Shown: in pieces, positions 1 to 9,908 of the stretch
Layout: every line of letters starts with the position of its first letter
How positions within the stretch are numbered: position 1 is the first letter of the stretch
IMG/VR virus record: IMGVR_UViG_3300038465_000039
Coordinates: 25,261 to 89,260 of that record
Length of the DNA: 64,000 nucleotides
DNA from: a virus
Reading direction: 5' to 3' (one strand)
Made by a program: the position numbers and the translations under genes
The notes under the pieces: generated by a model
Database searches by the model: none
The model's input: the letters and a program-made list of their open reading frames with translations, nothing else
Told to the model about the DNA's origin: nothing

Positions 1-145
1 CCTCGTTCGGCAATGTGCAGCGTGGCGCTGCAAGTTCGGGCGTGACACCCATTCTGGCGTCAAGCGCTATGCCGCGGTGGTCGACGCCATGAGCTGACCG
101 GCGTTGCGCGCCGTCCGGTCTAAGAACCGTCGATCTGAAGACCAG

Positions 146-194
146 AAAGCCCCCGGTCCGGTTCCTCTCAGGAGGGCCGGCCGGGGGCTTTTTT
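146..194 (+). terminator. Intrinsic terminator, possibly bidirectional
   Basis: AAAGCCCCCGG...CCGGGGGCTTTTTT long GC stem with T-run, downstream of the leftward early block. Confidence 0.75.
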
Positions 195-279
195 GCGTTT
201 GTGGGGTACCGAGATAGGCCACGACCCCACAAACCGCACCGGTGACGCTCTCAGGGCCGGGAAATGGCCTTCTGGCGCC

Positions 280-810
280 CTACTTGTCCCTGATCTTCCA
301 GAGCAGATTGAGGGTCGTGCCCGGGAGATCGGGGTCGAGGTCGGCGGCGTTGATGTGCTCCAGCTGGAGCGTGCACGGAAGTTTCACGTAATCCGCCATC
401 CGTTGATCGAACGTGATGGCCTCAAGGGTGCCGGCCTTGACCGGCGCCGACGGATCTTCCGAACTTGTCCGGCGGCTCATGATGTCGAGTTGGGCTTTTC
501 GGTTTGCATCCTGTGCCTCCAATTGAATCTGTTGAAGCAGAAACAGATTGTGGCCCTGGATATCGCGGACCTTGGAGGAAAGCTTGTAGTGCAGGGCGGT
601 GACCGATTCCGAAGGTTTGCCGGCCGCCACCACGGCCGTATAGGGCTCGTCGAGCGCTTGAAGTCCGCGCGCGACACTCAGGCAGTCGCTTATCGTCATC
701 TTGTTCGGTTTCAGTGCTTCGGTAGAGTCTTGCTTGACGGGGGCTTCTGCCGCGAAAGCTGGCGCGATCAGGAACGTGGCGAATAGGATCGTGAAAAAAA
801 GGCGTCGCAT
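280..810 (-). CDS. Hypothetical protein with Sec-type signal peptide
   Basis: RBS GAGGAG before ATG at 810; MRRLFFTILFATFLIAPAFA-AE has basic, hydrophobic and AxA parts. Confidence 0.7.
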   Translation of the reverse strand: MRRLFFTILFATFLIAPAFAAEAPVKQDSTEALKPNKMTISDCLSVARGLQALDEPYTAVVAAGKPSESVTALHYKLSSKVRDIQGHNLFLLQQIQLEAQDANRKAQLDIMSRRTSSEDPSAPVKAGTLEAITFDQRMADYVKLPCTLQLEHINAADLDPDLPGTTLNLLWKIRDK

Positions 811-1016
811 CTGTAGTTCTCTCCTCTGTGGTGAAGCTGCCGCGGCAGCGGGTGGTTGGTAGTTCTTGCCCAACTGCGCTAAATGACGTGAGCCCCCAAA
901 ATACTTTGTTGATATCGTGCATCAGATGCTCCAAGGCCAAATCAAAAGCCATCCCCCGGCAGTAGCCGCAACGCCTGTACCAACGGTAAACTTCGACAGC
1001 CTCGCGCAGCATCTCG

Positions 1017-1250
1017 TCATTCTCCTTGCACGTCAGGGGAGCGGGCGCGGAGGGCGGCCTCAATTTCCTCGGCCATATCGTTGCACATGGCGTTCGCGGA
1101 TTCGTCGTCGGCCGGGCAGAGCCAGTCGTCATAAGAGCCTCCGGCCGCGACTGCTTTCCCGGTCAAATAGCTACAGATGATCCGAGCGACCTTGTTCACG
1201 ACTTGGGGCTCCGCAAGATCAAGCAAGACGCTGGTTTCAGGGGCGGTCAT
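1017..1250 (-). CDS. Hypothetical protein
   Basis: ATGA-coupled to the upstream ORF in a tightly packed operon. Confidence 0.5.
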   Translation of the reverse strand: MTAPETSVLLDLAEPQVVNKVARIICSYLTGKAVAAGGSYDDWLCPADDESANAMCNDMAEEIEAALRARSPDVQGE

Positions 1251-1540
1251 TCGATCTCCCTTCCGGTATCGACCCAGATCAAGACCGTCGGCGGAAGGCC
1301 GCGAGCGACGACGCGAGCGCAGTGCTTGCACAGGTTCGGATCATCGGTCTGAAATTCGGAGTCCATCAAAAGCCAGTCCCCCGCGTCGATGTAGCAGAGC
1401 GTAAAGAGCTTGCCGGGATGCCGCGCATGATGAACGTCCCGGCGCCAATGCTGGTTGCCCTTCGCACCCTTCTGCACGGCCGGGCGAGGTTTGTTCGAGC
1501 AAACCAGCTCCACGGTGACAGGAGAACACCGCTCAATCAT
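1247..1540 (-). CDS. Hypothetical Cys/His-containing protein
   Basis: Coupled ORF; TLC...LCKHC motif. Confidence 0.45.
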   Translation of the reverse strand: MIERCSPVTVELVCSNKPRPAVQKGAKGNQHWRRDVHHARHPGKLFTLCYIDAGDWLLMDSEFQTDDPNLCKHCARVVARGLPPTVLIWVDTGREIE

Positions 1541-1838
1541 AGCCGTACGACCTCGAAATGCGCTTCCACTCCGCATAGCCAGCGTGACGGGGGTCGTCCA
1601 AATTGTTCGGATCGCCGGGCTGCGTCGATATTTCCGAGAGAGGCGTGCCGAGCGGCCGATCTCCGCGAAACTCCTTCGCCGTCATGATTGGAACGTCGCC
1701 TTCCATCGGTTCGCGCTGGTAGTCGTCTCCGGCCGCCAGATCGCAGGCGTCGCAATACCAGCCGCCGCAGATTCCGACCGATGGATCATCAGGCTCGTAG
1801 CTGTCTCGGATATCGGCGTCGCATTTCGGGCAATTCAT
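1533..1838 (-). CDS. Zinc-ribbon protein
   Basis: CPKC...CDAC; ATGA overlap with the upstream ORF. Confidence 0.6.
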   Translation of the reverse strand: MNCPKCDADIRDSYEPDDPSVGICGGWYCDACDLAAGDDYQREPMEGDVPIMTAKEFRGDRPLGTPLSEISTQPGDPNNLDDPRHAGYAEWKRISRSYGYD

Positions 1839-2161
1839 GCGTAGACTCCCTGAATTTCGGACGCTTTCTTTTCAGTGGCTTCGCCAAGAATGAACTGCAC
1901 GTCGATCACGTCGCCGTCGCTCAGATCGTCCCAATGCTTGAGGATGTAGAGGTGCGCGTGGTGATAGGTCCGCGACCGCCAATCGAAAGCGTTGTAGGTC
2001 GCCTCGCCCTTATGGAGGTGTTGCAGGATGATGCAACGGCTTTCGCCGTAACCAGCACGCCTCAAAACGGCGGCCTGCTTGCCATTGGCTGGGGTGGCTT
2101 CCGTTGCCATCGCCGGGATGCAAGTTCCTTCGTCTCGAATTTCAAGTAGCTTAGTGAGCAT
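1835..2161 (-). CDS. Hypothetical phage protein
   Basis: Strong RBS (AGGAGGA); first gene after the promoter at 2217-2245. Confidence 0.7.
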   Translation of the reverse strand: MLTKLLEIRDEGTCIPAMATEATPANGKQAAVLRRAGYGESRCIILQHLHKGEATYNAFDWRSRTYHHAHLYILKHWDDLSDGDVIDVQFILGEATEKKASEIQGVYA

Positions 2162-2211
2162 TTCATCCTCCTGTTAATAAATTCAGCAGTTTGCAGACGG
2201 AGCCAGCGTTC

Positions 2212-2246
2212 GTAACCTTATAGGTTAGTCAGCGCGTTATATCAAG
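2212..2246 (-). promoter_or_regulatory. Sigma70-type promoter with overlapping palindromic operator
   Basis: TTGATA-N17-TATAAG on the minus strand; GTAACCT-TAT-AGGTTAG at 2212-2228. Confidence 0.7.
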
Positions 2247-2267
2247 CCCCTTTAACCCCCAATTGCT

Positions 2268-3992
2268 TCAACGCATCGTTCGCGCCTTCTTAACCGGTTT
2301 CGGCTTCTTCGCGGCGTCGAGTTCGACCGGGCCAGAATAATGGCAGGTCCGAAGCTGTTTCGGTAGCCAGCCTTTGGCTGGAATGTGGGTGGCGCAGAAC
2401 TTCGCCGCGTCACCCTTCTTCATCTTCGACACCTTAGCCGCGTGGTCGTCTCCCATGGAACAGCGTACAACCGCGACACACGCATCGAGGTTGACTGCGT
2501 CGAAGTAGCCCTTGGCGTCGAAGTTTTCCGCGAGTGCTTTGTTCAGCGCCTTCGGGTCCATTTTGGCGACGATGGCCTGTAGACCGAGACCGTCGATCGG
2601 GGATTTGGCGTCAGCGCTGTGGATCTGGATGCTGATGGCCTCGGCCGCGATTTTCGTGAGCATGACGACGCGCGCTTCCGGAGATGCCTTCAGCGCGCCA
2701 TCGAAGACCTGGACGAAATTCTTCTCGCCGTCTTTCGGGCGGTTGAATCCACCACCACCAATACCGACGTCGACCACATGACCGTCACTCGCAAAGCCGG
2801 CAATCAGGGCCGCAATCGCGACATGCGGTGATGCGCCTATCGCCGATGCAATCGCCTCCTCCAAGTCCTCGGAAAGCCGCTCAGCCAGCTTGTTCGTCAG
2901 CGAGTCCTTTTTCGGCTTGGCCTTCTTGCCCGGGTTGATGGTTAACTGCTTTCTCTCCGCTGGCTTCAATCGACCCATGTCGATCTTGAGTTGACCATCA
3001 GGCGCGATGTCGAGGATGCAGCCAGACTTTTTCTTCTGAGCGTCGGTGAAGACGCCCTTCTTGCCTTCCGGCTGCGTATGACCGTAGGCGTAATAGCTCA
3101 TATTTTCGATATCGGATCGGTTGACGACCCACGACCAGCCCTGCTCAAGCAGAACGTGGGCAGATTCAACAAGCTTGGCGTCGGCCATCTTCTTGACCGC
3201 CTTCATGTCGGTGACGATATGATTAGTCGAGAACCAATCCCGCTGTTTGATAAGCCCGGCCGCGTCGATGTGGTCGACGCCGACAAATTCGATCAACTTG
3301 CCGAGTTCGCGCTGGGAATCCGGGATGAGTCGCGAGCGGACTTCGTAGACTGTAGGCGGACCGCCTGCCTGCTTTCGTGCGGCAGCAAAGACCTTTTCTT
3401 GCTCCGCCTGATTGTCGGTCATCGTCAACGCCTGCGCGACCGCGCCGTCCATCTCGTTGGCCCGCCATTTATCGCGGAGCGACGGCGCCAGGCTCCCGAG
3501 CTTCATCGTCTGATGGTACTGGCGCTCGGTCATGCCGAACCTAAGCATCGCATCCGTGTGCGACATACCTTCGCCGACCAGAGCAGCGATGACCTCGTAT
3601 CGGTCAACAGGATGCGGCGGCAGCGCGACGTTGGTCGCCATCGCGATCTCTCTTGGATCACCTGCATAGGCATCGGAATCCACGGTGGGGACCATCACAT
3701 CAAGACTGGGATGAATGGCGCGAAGTATCTTCAGGCGCCGATTGCCCGCGGTGACGTACAGCTTGCCTTTGTGCGCCTTGGTTACCAGCGGGACGATGAC
3801 ACCATGAGCGCGGATCGACGCCTCAAGCGTCGGTAGGCCTTCCTCGTCATTGCTTTTGCGGACCTGGAGCCCGAGTTCTTTCGGTGCATCTGAGGCAAAG
3901 AGCAGATCGGATATCGGGATCATGGTAACGGTTGGCGGGGCGACGGGCGTCATCGGCGGGGCGTCTCTTTTGGCGGCAGCAGTTTTCGGCAT
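2268..3992 (-). CDS. parB: ParB/Srx N-terminal domain protein
   Basis: LEASIRAHGVIVPLV...VTAGNRRLKIL box, HPVD, then HTH-like region. Confidence 0.8.
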   Translation of the reverse strand: MPKTAAAKRDAPPMTPVAPPTVTMIPISDLLFASDAPKELGLQVRKSNDEEGLPTLEASIRAHGVIVPLVTKAHKGKLYVTAGNRRLKILRAIHPSLDVMVPTVDSDAYAGDPREIAMATNVALPPHPVDRYEVIAALVGEGMSHTDAMLRFGMTERQYHQTMKLGSLAPSLRDKWRANEMDGAVAQALTMTDNQAEQEKVFAAARKQAGGPPTVYEVRSRLIPDSQRELGKLIEFVGVDHIDAAGLIKQRDWFSTNHIVTDMKAVKKMADAKLVESAHVLLEQGWSWVVNRSDIENMSYYAYGHTQPEGKKGVFTDAQKKKSGCILDIAPDGQLKIDMGRLKPAERKQLTINPGKKAKPKKDSLTNKLAERLSEDLEEAIASAIGASPHVAIAALIAGFASDGHVVDVGIGGGGFNRPKDGEKNFVQVFDGALKASPEARVVMLTKIAAEAISIQIHSADAKSPIDGLGLQAIVAKMDPKALNKALAENFDAKGYFDAVNLDACVAVVRCSMGDDHAAKVSKMKKGDAAKFCATHIPAKGWLPKQLRTCHYSGPVELDAAKKPKPVKKARTMR

Positions 3993-4016
3993 CTGATCTT
4001 CCTCTGGTCTTTGTTT

Positions 4017-4325
4017 TCAGAATTCGGTTTCGTCGTATATTTGGTTTTCGAGCTGCAATCGAGACGGCGGCTCATAAGGCTTGTTGCGCTTCATGACCGT
4101 GGCCTCGTCGGTCAGCGAATAGGAGAAGATCGACGGGCCGCCGTAGAGGTGCGTTGTCCAGCCCTTTGCAGGATCGCCAGAGATCGGCACGTCAACGCGG
4201 ATCATCTTCGCGCCGAACTTCTCGACCTCGATACATCGACCCCAATGCGAGCGATGCCCCATAATTTCGATAAAAGCCCACTCCCATTCCGGTGCTTCGA
4301 TCGGTTGGATTGTTTCGTCGTTCAT
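4017..4325 (-). CDS. Conserved hypothetical phage protein
   Basis: RBS GGAGGA; EWAFIEIMGHR...MIRVDVP pattern. Confidence 0.65.
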   Translation of the reverse strand: MNDETIQPIEAPEWEWAFIEIMGHRSHWGRCIEVEKFGAKMIRVDVPISGDPAKGWTTHLYGGPSIFSYSLTDEATVMKRNKPYEPPSRLQLENQIYDETEF

Positions 4326-4366
4326 GTCTTCCTCCATGGGTAGAATAAAATAGGCGTGGTCGAGGT

Positions 4367-5239
4367 TCATTCCGCGTCGGTGCAATGGGTGCCGCACTCG
4401 ACATCGTAGTCAGAGTCTTCATCGGCGCCGTCGAACAGCGTCGGCGAGACGCGAACTTGCTCGATCAGTTCGGAGACGGTATCGCGCTTATCGAACCAGC
4501 CGCTTTGCTCGCGCTCTCGATCAGCCCACCACGTCGCCACTGTTGCGTCATCGCGTATAAGGCGCTTGCGGATGCCTTTGCCTTTTTGGAAACAAAAGTC
4601 GCAGTTGCCTTCCCATGGATACAGGCCAAGGTCGAAGCCCTGCGGGAGCGGCACCGTGAGTGCTTTGGGATCGATATTGTCGCCCAGCCAGAATTTGAGG
4701 ACGTTGGCTTTCCGAACCTTGGCCTTCGCCAGCATATAACGGACGGTTCTGCCGTCCTTCTCAGCGCGCTCCATTCCGTTGAGGATGCGCAGCCCCTCAT
4801 CATCGCGGAGCCCGATGATCTCAGTATATTGCCCAGGCTCTAAGCCAAGCGTCGAGCGCATGAATGCGAACATGGGCATCACCTTGAGATATTGCGTGCA
4901 CCATCGCTCGTGAGTGTTCGGAAGGCGCTGCTTCGATTTGATCAACGCCTCGAACGGCTCGCCCTTACGACTGGCGCTATTATACCCGACCTCGGCAAAG
5001 CCCTCCTTGCCAGCGCGCCACTCAACCCAATGGACGCGGACGTTCCAGCGTGTCGAACATTCATGAACGAAGCGGAGCGTTTCTTCCTTCTCCTTGCCAG
5101 TGTTCGCAAAGACGGCATAAACGTCTCTCGGCAGGCCTCCATTAACGCGCAAAATCTCGTGCAGCATATAGGCCGACGTGCGACCGCCGCTAAATGAGAT
5201 CATCGCCGGGCCGTCAAGGATGATGTAGCTCAACGTCAC
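4367..5239 (-). CDS. PAPS reductase/PP-loop family protein
   Basis: ISFSGGRTSAYML PP-loop, FANTGKE, RWCTQYLK, GNCDFCF; GTGA overlap start. Confidence 0.8.
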   Translation of the reverse strand: MTLSYIILDGPAMISFSGGRTSAYMLHEILRVNGGLPRDVYAVFANTGKEKEETLRFVHECSTRWNVRVHWVEWRAGKEGFAEVGYNSASRKGEPFEALIKSKQRLPNTHERWCTQYLKVMPMFAFMRSTLGLEPGQYTEIIGLRDDEGLRILNGMERAEKDGRTVRYMLAKAKVRKANVLKFWLGDNIDPKALTVPLPQGFDLGLYPWEGNCDFCFQKGKGIRKRLIRDDATVATWWADREREQSGWFDKRDTVSELIEQVRVSPTLFDGADEDSDYDVECGTHCTDAE

Positions 5240-5931
5240 TGTTCCTTCCGGGTGAGGTAGTATTTCGCGGTCGCGCGAATGTCGCGGTCCTTGATATCGC
5301 TCTTTTCCAAAATCCAAGAAAGATACGACTTATCGACCTGCGACCACTTCTCGCCGAAGTGCTTTCCGAACCGGACATTCGCGAGAAGTGCCGGACCGCT
5401 GCTCCATCTAATGATTTGTTCAATCGTCGTTTCCTTCAGGATGCGACGAAACAGATGCGCGGTGACATAAGAATCCGGGCCGGACCGATGCGGGGGCACT
5501 GCAAGGTCGGGATCAAAATCGACAGCGTCGTCGAGGTCCAGATAATACCGCAGGACTTGGTTTTTGTGGCTCGGGCAATCTGGCCAAATGCGAAGTGCCG
5601 CCTTGTAGGCACACAGCATCGGCTTGCCGCCTCCTCCGAAAAACTGTTCATCGAACGCCATATTGAAAGCGCCGAACATCTCGGCGCCGTCCATCATCGT
5701 CATGCAGGCGCGCTCGATCGCTGGCGCGTTTTCGACATCGCTGTTTCGTATGTGATGGATTGCCATCGCCTCTACCGGAATAGGACGATGCGGATTCACG
5801 ATCACGGCTTTCGGTTCACTGATGCGGCCCGTCGCGATATCGAAGTCGGTCCAGCCGAACTCGACAGCGGAGTGCTTCTCGGTTTCGGATGGGATGCCGG
5901 TAGATTCGGTGTCGAATACGCGAATTTTCAC
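5236..5931 (-). CDS. DEDDh 3'-5' exonuclease (ExoX-like)
   Basis: FDTESTG, AFNMAFD, HRSGPDSY; C-terminal FGKHFG...SYLSW. Confidence 0.85.
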   Translation of the reverse strand: MKIRVFDTESTGIPSETEKHSAVEFGWTDFDIATGRISEPKAVIVNPHRPIPVEAMAIHHIRNSDVENAPAIERACMTMMDGAEMFGAFNMAFDEQFFGGGGKPMLCAYKAALRIWPDCPSHKNQVLRYYLDLDDAVDFDPDLAVPPHRSGPDSYVTAHLFRRILKETTIEQIIRWSSGPALLANVRFGKHFGEKWSQVDKSYLSWILEKSDIKDRDIRATAKYYLTRKEQ

Positions 5932-6524
5932 GGGAAGTTCTTCCATGTGTGGCCCCTTATAATTGCTCTGACAACATCGCCAGACACGCCAAAATCGGCA
6001 CCAACTGCCCTCATTGATTCCAGTGATGTATCGTGCTTCCCGACGCCGACTAACGGACGATTGCCAATCCGATTCCGAATGGCGGCAACGTCCGATGCTG
6101 TAAGTTTGGCATTCCAGTTGTCGGAACCTATTGGCTTCTTCCCGTTGCGAACTGCATCACTGAGGTTCTTGGACCGTGTTCCCCATCCGAGGTTCTCCAG
6201 TCTGTTGTCGTTTGGTACGTCGTTATCATGGCAGCACTCATGCCCCTTTGGGCATGGGCTGACAAATGCCGTAAGGACTAGGATGTGGACATCGTAGCTT
6301 TTGGCCGGGTGTCCGAGCGCTACGCTGACGTGACCGCTAGCCCTTGCGCCGGGCCGCAGTATTCTTTCCTTGCAGCGGCGCTCAACGGTCAAAATATTTT
6401 TATTATCGCTGTACTGATCGACGCGTTGATAAATCTCAACTCTTGCGAGACTCTTGACGCGGCCAAGATCGCTGACCTCGTATCGGCCTTCAAATCCGAC
6501 AACTGGTTTCCAAATTTCAGACAT
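5928..6524 (-). CDS. NUMOD4-HNH homing endonuclease
   Basis: EIWKPVVGFEGRYEVSDLGRVKS; CCHDNDVPNDNRLENLGWGT. Confidence 0.9.
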   Translation of the reverse strand: MSEIWKPVVGFEGRYEVSDLGRVKSLARVEIYQRVDQYSDNKNILTVERRCKERILRPGARASGHVSVALGHPAKSYDVHILVLTAFVSPCPKGHECCHDNDVPNDNRLENLGWGTRSKNLSDAVRNGKKPIGSDNWNAKLTASDVAAIRNRIGNRPLVGVGKHDTSLESMRAVGADFGVSGDVVRAIIRGHTWKNFP

Positions 6525-6676
6525 CACAAGTCTCCCTCGCGCCTGGCCTATCAAGCCAGGAAAGCGCGAATCCGGGGTCACATTTCTGCGACACCAGGCG
6601 CAAGGAAGTTGTGGAGGGTGCCGCGCTTTTGTCGCGTTGATAGCCGCGAGTGGCACTGTCATATCTCAGTTTCTCT

Positions 6677-7471
6677 CTAAATGTCTGGAAATTCCCGCCG
6701 CATCAGATAGTCTGGTATTGGAATCTTGCCGGGCTTCTCGCCTGAAAGCTGCTTCATGAAGAAGGGGATGTGGAAGTGCTCGCAGACATATTTTATCTGA
6801 CGAGGCCAGTCTGGATTCATAGGTCGGTAGCCGCGGCCGCTCTCGCCGCCACAAATTATCCAATCAGGGTAAGGACCGATAGCACCAAGTTCTTCCAGCG
6901 GCCCAATCGCTGGCTCGTAGCTGACGAATTTTACGCAAGCAGGGATGTATCTCAGGATCGGCCATCGCTTGTTATAGGCATTCTGATCTTCAGCGGTGAT
7001 ACCCAGCCAAACATTCGGCCAAAAATCATTTCCTGATTTGCCGCCCCAACCATCAGGCAGCATCTTTTCAATATTTTCCGGTCGCTTCGTTAGCAACAAC
7101 CAATCGAGGTTTGGCGTGGAGTCGATCAGACTCCAGAGATCGTCTCGCCACTGCGGATCCCATTGATTGTCGAAGACATCGGATAACGAAGCGCAGAACA
7201 CGCGCTGGCGGTGGCCGTGCTTGGCCTGGAATGCCGCGTGGTGCTTGTTCCAAGTGAGAGGCTGTCGCCAGTAAGCGTCTGACGTGCGCGCGCGAGTGCC
7301 GACGCTCGGCACCGTCTCATCGGTCTTGCGCTGTCCCCACTTCACGCGGTGATAGCGCGTATCCATCAGAGTCTCGGCATAGCAATTATCGCAACCCGAC
7401 GAGACCTTCATGCAGCCCAAAACCGGATTGAAAGTTGAGTCGGCCCAGGAAATATTTGTCGTCTCAGCCAT
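6677..7471 (-). CDS. Phage Gp37/Gp68 (DUF5131) family protein
   Basis: ISWADSTFNPVLGCMKVSSGCDNCYA, LLTKRP, WIICGGESG, FFMKQ. Confidence 0.88.
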   Translation of the reverse strand: MAETTNISWADSTFNPVLGCMKVSSGCDNCYAETLMDTRYHRVKWGQRKTDETVPSVGTRARTSDAYWRQPLTWNKHHAAFQAKHGHRQRVFCASLSDVFDNQWDPQWRDDLWSLIDSTPNLDWLLLTKRPENIEKMLPDGWGGKSGNDFWPNVWLGITAEDQNAYNKRWPILRYIPACVKFVSYEPAIGPLEELGAIGPYPDWIICGGESGRGYRPMNPDWPRQIKYVCEHFHIPFFMKQLSGEKPGKIPIPDYLMRREFPDI

Positions 7472-7803
7472 CACGCCTCTCCCGGATAGACACCAGTCGA
7501 CCGCCAAATCCTGATCTTCACCAGCCGACGCTGGTTTCGCCGGATGCCTTCTTTCCACAAGCCAACGGCGTATTCGATGGTGCAGAGGGAAGGATCGCGA
7601 AGACGTCCGCGATTTTCCCTGATGCGGCGCAGCGCGTTGCGGGTCTCGACGCGGACTTGTTGAGCAAGCGTTAGACTGTCGTACCAGCGCTCGTATTTGG
7701 ACATCTCGCGCTCGATCTCAGCGTGTTGCTGCGCATCGGTCATACCCATCCACTCGGCCATGGCTACGTCGTCGTCTAGCATGTCGTCATCTTCGTCAGC
7801 CAC
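7471..7803 (-). CDS. Hypothetical protein
   Basis: GTG start after AAGGAG; coupled to the next gene. Confidence 0.5.
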   Translation of the reverse strand: MADEDDDMLDDDVAMAEWMGMTDAQQHAEIEREMSKYERWYDSLTLAQQVRVETRNALRRIRENRGRLRDPSLCTIEYAVGLWKEGIRRNQRRLVKIRIWRSTGVYPGEA

Positions 7804-8068
7804 AGATCGTCTCCTTAATCCAGCCGCCGGCGCCGTCGCAACGAGCGCACCGATCATATTGAATCGGCACAGGTTCATTCGGACACTCCCGCGCAAGGAC
7901 GTGCAGGACCTTCGGCGAAAGCAGCAGCGTTGCCTTCGTGAAGCCTCGACCTTTGCAGTCTGAGCACTGTTGAAACGGCAGGCGCACATTCGCCGCCGCT
8001 TGCTGAAGGCTCAGTGACGGTTTTTCGCAGCGGCGCCTTTCCTCGATCTGATCGAATGTATCAGCCAC
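7796..8068 (-). CDS. Small DnaJ-type zinc-finger protein
   Basis: CSDCKGRG...CARCDGAG. Confidence 0.55.
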   Translation of the reverse strand: MADTFDQIEERRRCEKPSLSLQQAAANVRLPFQQCSDCKGRGFTKATLLLSPKVLHVLARECPNEPVPIQYDRCARCDGAGGWIKETICG

Positions 8069-8462
8069 GGTCGCGCTCCTCTTTCTTCGGAGGATCAGTC
8101 ATCAGGACCGCGACCAACGTCTCGGCTTGTGTTCGGTCCATGAAGAACGGAGTTTCCATCCGCTTGCGGACTTCGGCTTCGTAAAGCGCTCTCGTCTCAG
8201 GTTTTGAAAAATCAGTCATGTTCAAAGTACCCCTTAAGTCGCCATTGAAATCGCGCGATGCCGTCGACGTAAAGCGTGATCGTTGAATGATCTCGGCTAT
8301 CGATGATTTGCATTCGATCAAGCGATACTCCGCATTCGTAAAAACACCGGATATGTTTTTCGAGTTCTGTGTACCGGCTTGCGAGAATTGATTTAACCCA
8401 ATCCTGATGGCTAGGGCTCAGTCGAGTCATTTGAGCCATAGCATCGACCGCAGGCCAATCGA

Positions 8463-8690
8463 TCACGTATGGTAGTTCTTGAGCCATTGCCGACTTGCCT
8501 CCATGCGCGCATCTTCGAACGTCGGGCCCGGCGCCGGCGGCGCGAACTCGTTCATGGTGTGGCGGATGTCTTCGCCTCGTTGTCGCGCGCCGAACAGATA
8601 GGCGCGGAACTGATCTTCCGACATGCAGCCCGCTCGATATTCAGCACCGCGGGCATCGATGCGCTCCTGGCGCTCTTTCCAGTCAAGCAT
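8463..8690 (-). CDS. Hypothetical protein
   Basis: Starts 3 nt after the helicase stop. Confidence 0.5.
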   Translation of the reverse strand: MLDWKERQERIDARGAEYRAGCMSEDQFRAYLFGARQRGEDIRHTMNEFAPPAPGPTFEDARMEASRQWLKNYHT

Positions 8691-8693
8691 TTT

Positions 8694-9908
8694 TCAAACC
8701 GCTATGATGAGCGCTTCAGCAGCGCGAGTGATTGCTGTGTATCTCCATCGCCTCGGAATGTCGTCGCGGTCTCCGCGACCTCCGAACACATCACCTTCGT
8801 CGATCACAACGACCTTGTCCCACTGCGATCCTTGAGCCTTGTGAACAGTCGTGCAATACGCATAATCGAACTCATCGTAGTGACTGCGCTGCATCTTCTC
8901 CGGAAGGCGAAGGTCGTTTTCCTTGTTGTTCCAGAACCAATAGGCGTGCGGAACAGCGACGAATTCGGAGAAGTTCTCCTGGTCGATTGAATCTACCTCC
9001 AGATAGCTGACGTCCGGACGGCCCTTGCGCTTGGCCGCGAAGTCGCGGTCGCGCAATTCCTTCACCGTCCACATCGCGCCGTTCAGCAGGCCGCGGTCGC
9101 GTTTGTTCTTCAGGCAAATGACGCGGTCACCGACCACTGGCAGATGGTCGCCGGCGGGAAGCTTGCCCTGTGCGCGCAGTTCGTTGCGAATACGTCGATT
9201 GATCGTGACGCGGCTGTCATTTTTGCCGCACAAGATTTGCTCGGCCGCAAGTTCGCTGGACAGCTTCAGGTCGCCGCGGCGCAGGATTGAAACGCCTTGG
9301 CCGGCGCGCAGTCCCCTATGGCTGCCGATCGACAGCGTCTTGCCGAGCCGCACGTCGGTGGCGATGCGCACGATCGGGTTGTCGGCCGCCTGCCGGTGGA
9401 TCTCGGTCAGCATGACGTCCGGAGTTTTGACCTCGGTAAAGAAACCGGCGCCGCTGATGGGTGGTAACTGTGCGGGATCGCCGAGCACCAGGATGGGTGT
9501 GCCGAACGATGTGACGTCCTTGCCCAAATCTTCCGACACCATTGACGCCTCGTCGATTATAAGGAGCGCGGCACCGCGCAGCGCGCTATCCGGGTTGATC
9601 TCCCACATCGGTATCTCGCGGTCCTTTTCCTCGTCCTCGCGATTCTTGCGGCGCGGCTTGTAGATCAGCGAGTGCAGCGTCGAGGCACCGTGGCATCCCT
9701 TCTTGCGCATGACGAGGGCGGCTTTGCCTGTGAACGAGGCGAACAGCGTATCGCCGTCGCACATGCGCGCGATCTCGATTGCCAACGTCGTCTTGCCGGA
9801 GCCGGCGTATCCGAACAGGCGGAATATCTGCGGGCGACGTTCGGCGTCCATGTCCAGCCACTTCTGGACCGATACGAGGGCTTCGTGCTGTTGCGGGGAC
9901 CACTGCAT
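8694..9908 (-). CDS. RecD/Dda-like SF1 DNA helicase
   Basis: GYAGSGKTT, IIDEASM, GDPAQLPP, LTEIHRQ, TVHKAQGSQW, YTAITRA. Confidence 0.92.
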   Translation of the reverse strand: MQWSPQQHEALVSVQKWLDMDAERRPQIFRLFGYAGSGKTTLAIEIARMCDGDTLFASFTGKAALVMRKKGCHGASTLHSLIYKPRRKNREDEEKDREIPMWEINPDSALRGAALLIIDEASMVSEDLGKDVTSFGTPILVLGDPAQLPPISGAGFFTEVKTPDVMLTEIHRQAADNPIVRIATDVRLGKTLSIGSHRGLRAGQGVSILRRGDLKLSSELAAEQILCGKNDSRVTINRRIRNELRAQGKLPAGDHLPVVGDRVICLKNKRDRGLLNGAMWTVKELRDRDFAAKRKGRPDVSYLEVDSIDQENFSEFVAVPHAYWFWNNKENDLRLPEKMQRSHYDEFDYAYCTTVHKAQGSQWDKVVVIDEGDVFGGRGDRDDIPRRWRYTAITRAAEALIIAV

